64,000 nt of DNA from a virus: the IMG/VR virus record IMGVR_UViG_3300043449_002292, positions 64,001 through 128,000 of that record. One strand, given 5' to 3'. The notes under the pieces were generated by a model that was given only the letters and a program-made list of their open reading frames with translations, was not told the origin of the DNA and made no database searches. The stretch's first letter is position 1. Each line of letters begins with the position of its first letter. Made by a program: the position numbers and the translations under genes. This document shows positions 51,749 to 61,720 of this stretch, one piece after another.

Positions 51749-54048
51749 CAGTCCATCTTGATCCTGAAGAGGTAACGATCCTCGTCACGCTTCACGATCG
51801 GTTGGGCGAGGGTCGCACGCGCGACAACATTCAGGTTATCGTCGTGTAGGTTCACGCCGGTGATGATGACAGCGCCCATGTTGACATCATCCGGATCGTC
51901 CGATGCTCTCAACGGAATAAATGTTGGATTAGAGCTGGAGTTTATCTGGCCCGCAGCGCATGGGACGGTGATCTCCATCACGTGAACCTGACGCTCGCCC
52001 CGTAAAGAAAGCTCAAACTGCTCCTTTCCGAATGGGTAGAGGGTCGGGTTCTTAACAACTGCGATTCCCTCATCGTAAAGTATCGTTCCGACTCCTGCCC
52101 ACTTCGCGTGTGGGGTCAGAGCATCAGCGCGGTATAGACCTCCAAGACCGTTATCCTTCAGCTTGATCTGGATCTGACCTCCAGAACCCGTGATGCTGGT
52201 GTCTGTGATCTCGAAGCTTCCTGGATGTATCCTACCTCCATAAAAAAGGTTGCTTGTATCGAAGAAAACAACCTCGTTGGAAGAAGGATCACGTTGACGC
52301 TGAAATATGGTCAGAACTGATCCGATCTCGCTTCCGCTGGCGAGGTTATCAGGACCGACACCCTCAATCGCGCTTGAGATAGAGGACGGTAAGCTGTCAT
52401 CGGAGGCTATCAGTCCTTTAAAGAGAGAAGAAGTTGGAAGTAGATCGTTTAAGCTGACGGCAGAAATCTCGAGGTTTCCAAAGTCATTGACGTATTTTGA
52501 TAGTGAGGACGTCAGGCTGGGTTTAAAATCTAAGGATCCAGAGGACAGGATCTGGTAGTTTGGTCGAGTGAGACCGTTGTCGCAAGGTAGGACAGTTAGG
52601 TTACGCTTTACGAAAGACCCGGTTGCATACAGCAGGTTGTTAGCTTCCTGAAAGTCTGTCACGTTCCACGTAATCTCGGAGCCTGTCAGGTTGAAGAGAG
52701 TCGGATATATCCCTTGCACGAACTCCCTAACGAAATTGTCAACATTGATCTCATGCCCGCCGACCCCAAATGACATCGAGACGTTGAAAGCGTCCTGTGT
52801 GCTCTGCTGCGTTGTCTGGAACGGTGTAACAAAAACATCTCGCGTAGGAGATTCCTTGGTGAAGAGCACAGGAACGAAGAAGAGGAGATCTTCAGGAATG
52901 GTGCTTCCGACGCTATTGGACTGATAGTATGTTATCCCTTCGTCATCCAGGAATTTCTGCCAGATTCTAAATTCATGCGCTTCGGCCCTTAATGGGAAAT
53001 TGAGAGTTCCGCTAGGGGTGAACCCGATGGGATCCGTTATAAATGTTGAAGTTCCGCCGAGGACTGGGTTCGGACCATCGTAAAAATTACCGATGAATAG
53101 CGCATCCTGATCCATCAGGGGTGAATTGTAGATCGGCGCAATCGAGCTGCTGCCGACGTTAAAGTATCCTCTCTCCACACCGTCAACCACGAATGAGCCC
53201 GTTCCGTTGTCATACTCGGGTGACCACCTCACAACAACGTGGTGCCAGCTGTTCAGGCTCAGGCAGTTATCATCAGAGAAAAATGTGTAATTTCCGGCGA
53301 CCGCGTGATCAGGTCTAACTTCAGCAGATGCTGACAGCTGCAGCAGCAACCTGAACTTGTTCACCAGTCCCTCCTCATCGACAGATGAGCCAGAGCAAAG
53401 TGATAATGCGAACGTGGAGGAGAGGTGGTAGATGGTTCCAGGTTTGTAACCATCACTCGCGCTCGCGTTCTGGTACTTGGGATTTAGATAGCACTCCAGC
53501 GAGAACGCGGAATCAGGAGTGTAGGGACCGCGATCCCCAGACGTGATCTGATTATCGTAAACGATAACAGAGTCGCTGGGTAACCCGGAAGCGGTGAAAA
53601 AGTTCAAGCAGTTATAATTTGTGAAGTTCCAGTGGGCGTATGGGTTTTTGATTCGATAGTACGGAAATAGAATCTGCTTGATATTTGACTTTCGAAGGAA
53701 ATCAGAGTTGAGGGAGAACGGTGGTTCGAAACGAAGAGATTCGACCTGTTTGTTCCGCGCTGATGATCTGGAAAGAGAATTTACGCCTGATAGGTAGCTC
53801 TCAAGCCCTGCCGTGAGATCAGAGCCCGTTGACATGACAAGCTCTGACCTAATAGATTCAGGATCATCGGTTGAAAATTCAGAGTCTACAAAAGCTGGTT
53901 TGTCGACTTCTTTCTCGATGTGCGATGATCTTGCAAAGACAGGGACTGATCCAGTCACACCCTCCGAGGAGGACGAGAATGTTCTCCTCGGACGGGCTAT
54001 GACGGAAAATTTCTCGAAGTTATCGCTGCTGAGAGCTACGATGGACAA
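51745..54048 (-). CDS. Baseplate/tail-fibre-associated protein with LamG/concanavalin A-like domain
   Basis: FSLECYLNP...WHHVVVRW...FVVDG...LFIGN...HEFRIW (LamG-like); C-terminal ITGVNLHDDNLNVVARATLAQPIVK. Confidence 0.7.
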   Translation of the reverse strand: MSIVALSSDNFEKFSVIARPRRTFSSSSEGVTGSVPVFARSSHIEKEVDKPAFVDSEFSTDDPESIRSELVMSTGSDLTAGLESYLSGVNSLSRSSARNKQVESLRFEPPFSLNSDFLRKSNIKQILFPYYRIKNPYAHWNFTNYNCLNFFTASGLPSDSVIVYDNQITSGDRGPYTPDSAFSLECYLNPKYQNASASDGYKPGTIYHLSSTFALSLCSGSSVDEEGLVNKFRLLLQLSASAEVRPDHAVAGNYTFFSDDNCLSLNSWHHVVVRWSPEYDNGTGSFVVDGVERGYFNVGSSSIAPIYNSPLMDQDALFIGNFYDGPNPVLGGTSTFITDPIGFTPSGTLNFPLRAEAHEFRIWQKFLDDEGITYYQSNSVGSTIPEDLLFFVPVLFTKESPTRDVFVTPFQTTQQSTQDAFNVSMSFGVGGHEINVDNFVREFVQGIYPTLFNLTGSEITWNVTDFQEANNLLYATGSFVKRNLTVLPCDNGLTRPNYQILSSGSLDFKPSLTSSLSKYVNDFGNLEISAVSLNDLLPTSSLFKGLIASDDSLPSSISSAIEGVGPDNLASGSEIGSVLTIFQRQRDPSSNEVVFFDTSNLFYGGRIHPGSFEITDTSITGSGGQIQIKLKDNGLGGLYRADALTPHAKWAGVGTILYDEGIAVVKNPTLYPFGKEQFELSLRGERQVHVMEITVPCAAGQINSSSNPTFIPLRASDDPDDVNMGAVIITGVNLHDDNLNVVARATLAQPIVKRDEDRYLFRIKMDW

Positions 54049-54059
54049 CCACCACCTCC

Positions 54060-55364
54060 TTAGAAATCGAGGCGGACGCGCACTGTCAGATCTTTCTCGT
54101 CGTTCTTCTCTATCGGTCTCGACATCTTGGCGACTGCGAGCAGATTGTCATTCGCATCGTAAAGTCCGACCGTCGTGACGAATGAGAACGCCTTCTGCTG
54201 GTCCTGTCCCTCATCGATAACAGTGATTCTGCCGTCAGACTCGATGTATGTTGGGTTTGAAGAGTAGTTAAACTCGTCAGCGGTCGCGCGGCAGAAGAGC
54301 AGCGTGCTGTTGATGTTAGTGACATTCTGGAAGGTGATCGCGGTATTCGACCCTGAGCTGAAGCGACAGGATGCAATATGATCAACGATATCATCGATGC
54401 TGCCCGACGTGAGGAAGTCAGGGATGAATCTTGCCGCCGGATTTGATCCGTAGGCAGTCTGCAGAGAGCTACCAGATCCGATGATCGTCTCGTTTGTCGC
54501 AAGTCCTGAAACACTTGGATTACCAACAACCGATGAGATCGCGCCGGACACATGCTGATCACCCCACATGATCTTGGATAGATCAAGAACCGCAGTTCCT
54601 GCATCGTAGAACATTAGTCCGACCTTCGATGCAGTGTTCGAAGCGTCCACGATTTCACCGACCTCACCGCCGTATGTTGAACGCTTGCTGCTCGCAGAGC
54701 CAACATCGGTGAATATTGCAGATCCAGACGTCGAGGTGCGAAACAGATTGCTTCCTGTGTAAGTTGTCAGGGCTGCCGTGATAGCATTCTCTTGCGTCGA
54801 TCTATCAGCAGCGGGGGCTCCATCAACGACGCCTGTGGTGTAGAACCTCATCGCAAAAGTCTCACGCTTGATCGAGTCACGAGCGAAGAGTCGCTTAAAA
54901 TTTAGGAACAGGGCGTTATCAATACGATCGGTCGACGTGCTGGCCGGATCCGTATCGATGACAAATGGACTGTAGAAAGCCTGGTTCGCATCTCCGAGAA
55001 GCTTCGCAGCGTGCTGACGGTAGACGTCTATCTTCTCGCGCATCTGCAGCGATGAGCTTGGAAAGAGGAGCTTTCCCGCAGTGTCCTCACCGAGTTTGAT
55101 ATTCTGAACCGTTGACCCGCTGTACCACAACCCAACGCTCATATCGAACATTGGGTTCGCGGTCTGAAGGGTGTAATCCTGGTCGTACACGGTCTGGAAG
55201 AGTGAGGCTGTCACGGACGTTGCACCCGATCCGGTGACGAATACCTGGTATGATCGTCGTGTAGTTGATCCTGACACGTCCTCTTGTATCATGTCAACGA
55301 GCTGATTTAACGCAGACCTGCTGGATTTGATGTCTGCTGGTGAGATGTCCTTGTAAGTTGCCAT
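54060..55364 (-). CDS. Baseplate/tail-collar-like structural protein
   Basis: EFNYSSNPTY...FVTTVGLYDANDNLLAVAKMSRPIEK...VRVRLDF; C-terminus paralogous to that of 51745-54048. Confidence 0.65.
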   Translation of the reverse strand: MATYKDISPADIKSSRSALNQLVDMIQEDVSGSTTRRSYQVFVTGSGATSVTASLFQTVYDQDYTLQTANPMFDMSVGLWYSGSTVQNIKLGEDTAGKLLFPSSSLQMREKIDVYRQHAAKLLGDANQAFYSPFVIDTDPASTSTDRIDNALFLNFKRLFARDSIKRETFAMRFYTTGVVDGAPAADRSTQENAITAALTTYTGSNLFRTSTSGSAIFTDVGSASSKRSTYGGEVGEIVDASNTASKVGLMFYDAGTAVLDLSKIMWGDQHVSGAISSVVGNPSVSGLATNETIIGSGSSLQTAYGSNPAARFIPDFLTSGSIDDIVDHIASCRFSSGSNTAITFQNVTNINSTLLFCRATADEFNYSSNPTYIESDGRITVIDEGQDQQKAFSFVTTVGLYDANDNLLAVAKMSRPIEKNDEKDLTVRVRLDF

Positions 55365-55410
55365 TTTATTCCTTGCCTGAGATTTTCTCAGGAGATATCA
55401 ACTAACTTGT

Positions 55411-56115
55411 TTAGGTCTTAGCGATCCTGACCTCGAACTCTGCAACAGTTCCAGATTGCATTCCCGTGATGCTCACGTTCGTCCCAATATAGGAATCGGA
55501 ACTGTCGTTATAGATCTCAAACTGCGTGGTTGATATGGTCCTAACGGACAGCGAGAAGGAGAGGTTCGATCCGCCTGTCGTTGATGACGTTCCGGTGGCT
55601 GCGAGCACGTATGTTGCGATACCATCGCGATCGACAGAATCAGGTGTGAATCCTGAAATAGCCAGGAATTGATTCTTCACCTTAACCGTGAAAGCTTGAT
55701 CACGAAGCTCAGGATCAACCAACGTGAGGCCGCCTGAAGTCTGCGTCAAAGTTACAGTAGTAGATCCAGTTCTCGATAGATTTAGCAGCTTGCTAGTTGT
55801 AAGTGGTGCAGGTGTTGAAACTAACGTTGAGCTGGGAAGATACCTAAGATACGGGTTCGAGACAGACACGGATCTATACTTTAACGCTAGGTTCGCGCTC
55901 GTCTGAGCCTCGAAAACAGGTGTGTTCTTCTCGATCTTCTCCTTTCCGACAGTTCTTCCGAACTTGGGAATCATCGTGTAGTCGACCTCATCGTCCCCCA
56001 GCGCAAACTTCACGATAGAGAAGCTTCCGTCATTTCTTGAAAGGAACTGCCTGCCGATGTCGGTGAGAACAGCGTCCACGATGATGTTATTGGTTGAATG
56101 ATCCAGATATCCCAT
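55411..56115 (-). CDS. Baseplate/tail-collar-like structural protein
   Basis: DAVLTDIGRQFLS...IVKFALGDDEVDY N-terminus, then a Ser/Thr-rich beta domain. Confidence 0.6.
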   Translation of the reverse strand: MGYLDHSTNNIIVDAVLTDIGRQFLSRNDGSFSIVKFALGDDEVDYTMIPKFGRTVGKEKIEKNTPVFEAQTSANLALKYRSVSVSNPYLRYLPSSTLVSTPAPLTTSKLLNLSRTGSTTVTLTQTSGGLTLVDPELRDQAFTVKVKNQFLAISGFTPDSVDRDGIATYVLAATGTSSTTGGSNLSFSLSVRTISTTQFEIYNDSSDSYIGTNVSITGMQSGTVAEFEVRIAKT

Positions 56116-56187
56116 GTTTTACCCTAAGTTAGATATTAATTTTTCAAGTCGATTCTTAAAATTTTCTCCAAGATCTCGAGCTTGAAA

Positions 56188-57909
56188 TTACGTCGTCGTT
56201 ACGTTCCTCAAATCCTCTATCTTCACGTCAACATTGGACTGCTGCTGAAGATCAGTATTAAGTAGGACGAAACGGTAAAGTCCGTTTCTGTTTGTTGTCT
56301 TAATCAGTTGCAAATCTGTTCCCTTGCTATCTTTAACGGTTAAGTATTCGGGGTCGAAATACACTCTCATCGCTCGGGCTTCAGAAGATTTTACGCTGTC
56401 GAGACTCAGCTCGGCTTCCAGAAAATTATTAGGATATTGCTTTGGAGCGTTTCCCGGTGAGATCCTCTTCCTTATTAGCTTATTCTGCACTCTGTCGAAA
56501 GATATGAGAAATTGCGCGCTGTAGTTCGACGTGAGAGCATGAGCATCGACGGAAACGATCGAGTAGATGTATTTTGAGTCCTTGTCAAACTCAGAGTCAA
56601 CGTATGAATTTCTCGGACCATCGAGCGTCGTGATAAGATCGGGATCGACCGTCTCAGTTGAAGGAGTCTTAATGACGGAATCATCAAAAGTGATCTGGGA
56701 TATTAGGCTGAATGGTTCATCTATCGATGATCTTCTGAAAATCTGCCATCCCTTTATGTCAAGTTGAGTGTTGGTTGGATAGGCCCAGCTAATCTGGAGC
56801 AAGAGGTTCTCATAGTCCCAATGAAAATTGATATCGAAGGGAGGGTCTGGAGGTATGTACTCCTCGGTTATAACAGCTGCGAATGTTGATGGCCTTGATG
56901 AGAATAAAAAGCGCGACAGCTGCATCTGACCTGTATCTGCGCTGATCGTGGTGTTGTATGTCGATATCAATGTTCTAATGCTGTAGGCATACTGTATTCC
57001 GTATCGAACCTCAGTATCAACGTATGTGCAGATGCTAGGGTTGTTGATGTAGAATGTTCTCTTATTTTTGACAGCATCATCAACGACCTCGTATCTTTCG
57101 ATGATGTATCCGTGATGCTCAACATTTCGAAGATCGTATGTGGTGATAATCGAGAAATCCCCAACAGATGGAAGCTCAGGATCCAACTCATCGACTGTTG
57201 GTCCCCGGTTGCTCCTCCTTCTTGATCTTGCCGTGATCGCTTTCGAGTTTCTCTTAACGATCAGCGCTGCCGAAGAAACTGGTGACAGCGACGCTTCCCG
57301 TGATGAATCTGACAAATAGTAGTTGTCTATCATCATCGCGAGCTGCTCCTCAGCAGCAGCGTCTGTCGGTTCTATCTCAACACCGTTCTTAAAGAAAACT
57401 TTCCTGCTCTGGGATGCTAGGCTCAAATAGCGTTGTATGATGTCACCGTCGCTTGTGATCGAGGTGACAGCGTTCAAACGGGCTGCCGTGTCGGTGGCTG
57501 ATCCCGATGGCAGGCCCCTGACCCGCGCCGAGGCCTCGAACCTCTCACCGACCCTATTCCTAAAGTCAATGTCCTGAAAGTAGAGAATGGTCGCATCCGA
57601 TGTGATGCTTGACTCATTCGAGATATTTTCGACATTTTGTCTGATGAACTCATCGCTGACAGGAACGTTGGTCGAACGAACAGGATCAAACTGGATCCCG
57701 GTCCAGCTCAGCCTCACATATCTAGGAATCCTTTCTAGGGTATCGTTGGGTGTCAGCCCAGTAATCGGACGTTTAGATTTCGGAGCGTCATCGTTGATTC
57801 TCTCATCAGGAACGAAAAAGTTGTACACGAACCTAACGTCAGGTTTATCAGGAACAGGAATGTCCAGCAGCTGAAAAGCTCGGCTGATGTATGTCGAATC
57901 ATAACTCAT
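56188..57909 (-). CDS. Virion protein with FN3/Ig-like domains, putative
   Basis: GYIIERY...YVDTEVRYG.QYAYSIR; PDPP...ISW...GWQIFRR...YVD......KYIYSIVSVD...SNYS. Confidence 0.65.
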   Translation of the reverse strand: MSYDSTYISRAFQLLDIPVPDKPDVRFVYNFFVPDERINDDAPKSKRPITGLTPNDTLERIPRYVRLSWTGIQFDPVRSTNVPVSDEFIRQNVENISNESSITSDATILYFQDIDFRNRVGERFEASARVRGLPSGSATDTAARLNAVTSITSDGDIIQRYLSLASQSRKVFFKNGVEIEPTDAAAEEQLAMMIDNYYLSDSSREASLSPVSSAALIVKRNSKAITARSRRRSNRGPTVDELDPELPSVGDFSIITTYDLRNVEHHGYIIERYEVVDDAVKNKRTFYINNPSICTYVDTEVRYGIQYAYSIRTLISTYNTTISADTGQMQLSRFLFSSRPSTFAAVITEEYIPPDPPFDINFHWDYENLLLQISWAYPTNTQLDIKGWQIFRRSSIDEPFSLISQITFDDSVIKTPSTETVDPDLITTLDGPRNSYVDSEFDKDSKYIYSIVSVDAHALTSNYSAQFLISFDRVQNKLIRKRISPGNAPKQYPNNFLEAELSLDSVKSSEARAMRVYFDPEYLTVKDSKGTDLQLIKTTNRNGLYRFVLLNTDLQQQSNVDVKIEDLRNVTTT

Positions 57910-57958
57910 AATAACACCCTACTAGTTTCCACGAACGGCAGTTTCATTATGGTAGCAA

Positions 57959-60900
57959 CTAATACATGCTAGCTAGGTGAAGTGAAGCTTGGCAGCAGAC
58001 ATTTCCGATAGATACACCGCCATTTATCGGGTCGCGATTGATGACGATAGAAATTTCACCAGAATCAGACACTTCCACCCAACCCTTTTCGATCAGGGAT
58101 GTAACCATATCTGTAGCGAGACCCCCACTGTCTGTTTCACTACGCCCCAGATCGATCTTGAATTCGTCCAGGTCGAAAGGGATCAGGAAGACCCTATCAA
58201 AATTTGACGGGAGTATCGCTCTATTGAGAACTGTGTCGTTTCTCATTAAGAACGAAGACGAAATTGCGTCGATAAGCTCCTTGTCTCCTGTCGTTATGCC
58301 CTCAACCTTTTTTAGATGATCAACCTCTCCGTTGCTGTTGAATATCTGATCCAACTGATCCGAGTTTGGAAGAACCAAACCTGCTAGTCCTAACGCGGAC
58401 GAAGTTTTCAGAGCAGCTCGTCCGGCATCGGAAGTAGAATCGTTAAATCTGATCGTCAGTGTTTCATCGAAAATCTTTCCACTCAGCTTGTAGAGGTAAG
58501 TCTCCATCATGTAGCTTAAAAACGTGTTTCTCACGATCTGGTCAAACTCAGTGTCAGTGATTGAGGAGTATCTCGAATCAGATTTCAAAGCGTCATATCT
58601 AAGCACCTGCTTCACGTCCCGTGAGTAAAGAACGAAGTTAGCTTTACGCGCTAGAGACGTGATGTAATCATCGGCGACAAAAGACAAACGCTCTAAATTA
58701 TTTGAGAACCCACCCGGTTGTATGAATAGTCTTGGATCAAAGATATATGTCTTCGGTGAGAAAGAAATGTCACTGAGCTCGTAATCCTTACGATGTAGAT
58801 CTATTTTAACCATACCGGAAGTTCCTGGTCGTAATGAGCTCGGCAAAAAACCTGCAGGAATTCCAACGGCAGCGATCCTGATGTTCTCTGCCTCTCTAGT
58901 CGCGAATGTTGATGACTGAAGGAGCAAATCAAAAACAGATGATTCGCTCGAATAGTAAGATGCTCTAGCTGGTACGTATCCCTTCGATGTCTGCGGCCTA
59001 TACTTATCAAGCATTGAACGACGTCGGATGATCTGCTGCGTCGTCAGATCGGACAGCATCTTGTAACCGTCCTCCGTCTTTATAACATCGCTCCTTGTTG
59101 AAGAAGAGACAAGATCGTTGGTGATGGTTACAAGCTCGTCCTTCGATTTCGAAAGCAGGCTTAAATAAGATGACATGTAGGCCGCGCTGTTTCGAACCTT
59201 TTCGTGCCTACCCATCAACGTGACAAAAGCGCTATAGGGTTCTGCATATGATGAGGGGGCAATATCACTCGTAGCGTAGTTGTCTCCAATAACATATTCT
59301 AAACCGCTTTGTAAACTTCCAATATCTGCAAGCGAATAGCTATCGAGAGAAATACCATCCGCCATGACGTTATCTTCAACTGTTATCGGGATGTTCGTTC
59401 CTTCCGCATTTGTCTCGACGACTGTCCGTGCTTCTGTAGTTGAGACGGTTCCAGACGTTAGGAAGGGAGTTCCAAGAAGACCAGCGAGCCTCACGAAGCA
59501 TTCGACAATTAACGAGAGCAGAGCAAATTCATCCAGACCGATGTATTTTGTGTATCCTGCGCTGTTTGTAATCGTCGCATCAGCTGGTAATCTTTCAGTG
59601 GCTGCGCTCAGGATCTGGTCATATGCATTTAAGATGTAATTAAACACATTGTCGGAAGAGCTAGTCTGCACAGTTTCAAATATGCTCTTAATCGTGTTAG
59701 GGTCTGTGACAACGTTATTAGACACCGTCTGCAAAAGATCATCGATAGCTTGCTTACCTCGTAGAACAGCTTCAAACGCTTGTTTAGCGCGCTTAAATTT
59801 ATCTTTTGTAAATCTACCTTGCTGAACTGTGTCATACTCGTTTACTATTTTCTCAATGTCCGACGTCGAAGCGTTGATGATGCTATTTTTTATGCTTTCT
59901 ATGTTGCTTTCTCTAAATTTGCTCTTATCAAGATTGTGGTTGTTCGGAGTATCAACGTCAATATAAAGATCGATAAACGCTGTAAGATCATTAACGTCAA
60001 GGTCTACGATCTCTTCCGCAGCAACTTCTGCGTATTCAGCAATTGTTTGTTCAAGATCTGCGACTTGATCATAGTAAGCTGTCGCGGCACCAGAATCTCC
60101 CGTTGTGTTGAAAAATAAAAGTGCAAAAAATCCAGCTGCAACGTTCGTTTCAGTTGGTGAGTTTGATGCTCTGCGTCCAACCACACGCTCCACGACAGCA
60201 GCCGATTTATCCTCGATCTGAATCGTGGTTGGAGATGCGCTGGCTTGTAATACTGAACTGTTCTCCGAGGTTCTGGTGGTCAGTAACGTCACTTTCCCAG
60301 TCTCGCTACCTGAGGCGCCGAGGACTCCTAAGGTTTCATACCACTTTAACCTACCAACAGTTTGTAGAATGAGTTGACGTAGATTAGCGCCGTTATTTTC
60401 AAATCCTTCACCGACGTATTCAGCATCGTTATATGCTGCAAGTGTTAACGCCGCGAATTGAAATTTTGTGCTATCGGAAGCGGTCGCTGTTTTTGTCGCA
60501 TTTATGAACTGATTAACTATAATTCGAAGTATCTCAGGAGGTGAGACCTGACTGCTGGTATCGAAACGACCAGTTATATGAGTTAAGAACTTAGTTATTG
60601 TTCCAAAATTTTTTACTGTCGTTTGGCAGTATGAATCCAGGTCCGTGAAGTTGAGATCTCCCTCGGAAATTGGTTTTCTTACAAGACCTCTGGGTCCCGA
60701 AAGACATATTCGACCCGCGCCGTCGCGCACGGTTGGATCATCTGTTTCAAGTGGAAGAACGGTCTTATCGCTAAGATGATACTGCAGAAATGGAAGCGAG
60801 ATTGCTCTAGAAGCTGAAAGATCGGAGATCTTCTTATAGAATGGAAAGCCATCAGACAATTTGGTTCCGTAAAAGATCGTCACAGGGTTCGAGATATCGA

Positions 60901-61720
60901 AAGCAACTTCATCGTTGATATCATCCTGCTCGACAAGAGCAGCACCTGATGAAACAGCCATGATCCTCGATATTATCTCCGAGCATGCCACCAGCTTTTC
61001 ATTGACGGTGGACCCAAGCTTATCAATTTCGGACCATGGGTGATTCGTGTTAAGGTCGGTCTTTAAGTAATTGACCAAGCTTTCGTAATCATCAGAAAAA
61101 AGTATGTTCGATCGAAACGATTCAATAAAAGTCTGGACAATCTCTGTGTTGCTAAACGATGATGTGTCTTCATTGTAAATTGATGAGACGGTGAAGCTAG
61201 CCTGCGATGGATCCCTCTCATACGATCTTGTGCCAATCTCCTGGAGGAACTCAACTGCCGCGCTTGCGATATTTTCGTCGTCCCTCTTAAAATTCATTGA
61301 AGACTCTACGGCTTCAACAGCATTGAGAAACGATGCAAGATCGAGCATGAGATCGTCCGCATCTGCCACGCTAGCATCGACGGAATCCTTCAGGCTGGTC
61401 CACTCTCCCGTCGAATCATTGTCGATACACTTCTGGATCACATACGCTGCATCCTCCGTGTTAAGTGAATGGCACGTCTCGAGAACTTCAAAGTAATTTC
61501 CGTATTCGGTCTTATTGGTCCCGCTACCATCACCGTTAGAATCGTACAATCTATTGAAATCAATCACGGCCACCAGCTCAGTGCTAGGGGAACCATCGGT
61601 GGCTGTGAAAGCCTCCGAACTATCAGTGCCAGTGCCCTCACCCGTCGCTGCCAAAAGAGCTGCGGTTGATGTTTCATTTGAAACACTTCTTACCGAAAAG
61701 CTGGATTGAATAACTGCCAT
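57959..61720 (-). CDS. Large hypothetical protein (probable virion/baseplate)
   Basis: 1253 aa uninterrupted ORF between FN3-like genes; no recognised motif. Confidence 0.7.
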   Translation of the reverse strand: MAVIQSSFSVRSVSNETSTAALLAATGEGTGTDSSEAFTATDGSPSTELVAVIDFNRLYDSNGDGSGTNKTEYGNYFEVLETCHSLNTEDAAYVIQKCIDNDSTGEWTSLKDSVDASVADADDLMLDLASFLNAVEAVESSMNFKRDDENIASAAVEFLQEIGTRSYERDPSQASFTVSSIYNEDTSSFSNTEIVQTFIESFRSNILFSDDYESLVNYLKTDLNTNHPWSEIDKLGSTVNEKLVACSEIISRIMAVSSGAALVEQDDINDEVAFDISNPVTIFYGTKLSDGFPFYKKISDLSASRAISLPFLQYHLSDKTVLPLETDDPTVRDGAGRICLSGPRGLVRKPISEGDLNFTDLDSYCQTTVKNFGTITKFLTHITGRFDTSSQVSPPEILRIIVNQFINATKTATASDSTKFQFAALTLAAYNDAEYVGEGFENNGANLRQLILQTVGRLKWYETLGVLGASGSETGKVTLLTTRTSENSSVLQASASPTTIQIEDKSAAVVERVVGRRASNSPTETNVAAGFFALLFFNTTGDSGAATAYYDQVADLEQTIAEYAEVAAEEIVDLDVNDLTAFIDLYIDVDTPNNHNLDKSKFRESNIESIKNSIINASTSDIEKIVNEYDTVQQGRFTKDKFKRAKQAFEAVLRGKQAIDDLLQTVSNNVVTDPNTIKSIFETVQTSSSDNVFNYILNAYDQILSAATERLPADATITNSAGYTKYIGLDEFALLSLIVECFVRLAGLLGTPFLTSGTVSTTEARTVVETNAEGTNIPITVEDNVMADGISLDSYSLADIGSLQSGLEYVIGDNYATSDIAPSSYAEPYSAFVTLMGRHEKVRNSAAYMSSYLSLLSKSKDELVTITNDLVSSSTRSDVIKTEDGYKMLSDLTTQQIIRRRSMLDKYRPQTSKGYVPARASYYSSESSVFDLLLQSSTFATREAENIRIAAVGIPAGFLPSSLRPGTSGMVKIDLHRKDYELSDISFSPKTYIFDPRLFIQPGGFSNNLERLSFVADDYITSLARKANFVLYSRDVKQVLRYDALKSDSRYSSITDTEFDQIVRNTFLSYMMETYLYKLSGKIFDETLTIRFNDSTSDAGRAALKTSSALGLAGLVLPNSDQLDQIFNSNGEVDHLKKVEGITTGDKELIDAISSSFLMRNDTVLNRAILPSNFDRVFLIPFDLDEFKIDLGRSETDSGGLATDMVTSLIEKGWVEVSDSGEISIVINRDPINGGVSIGNVCCQASLHLASMY

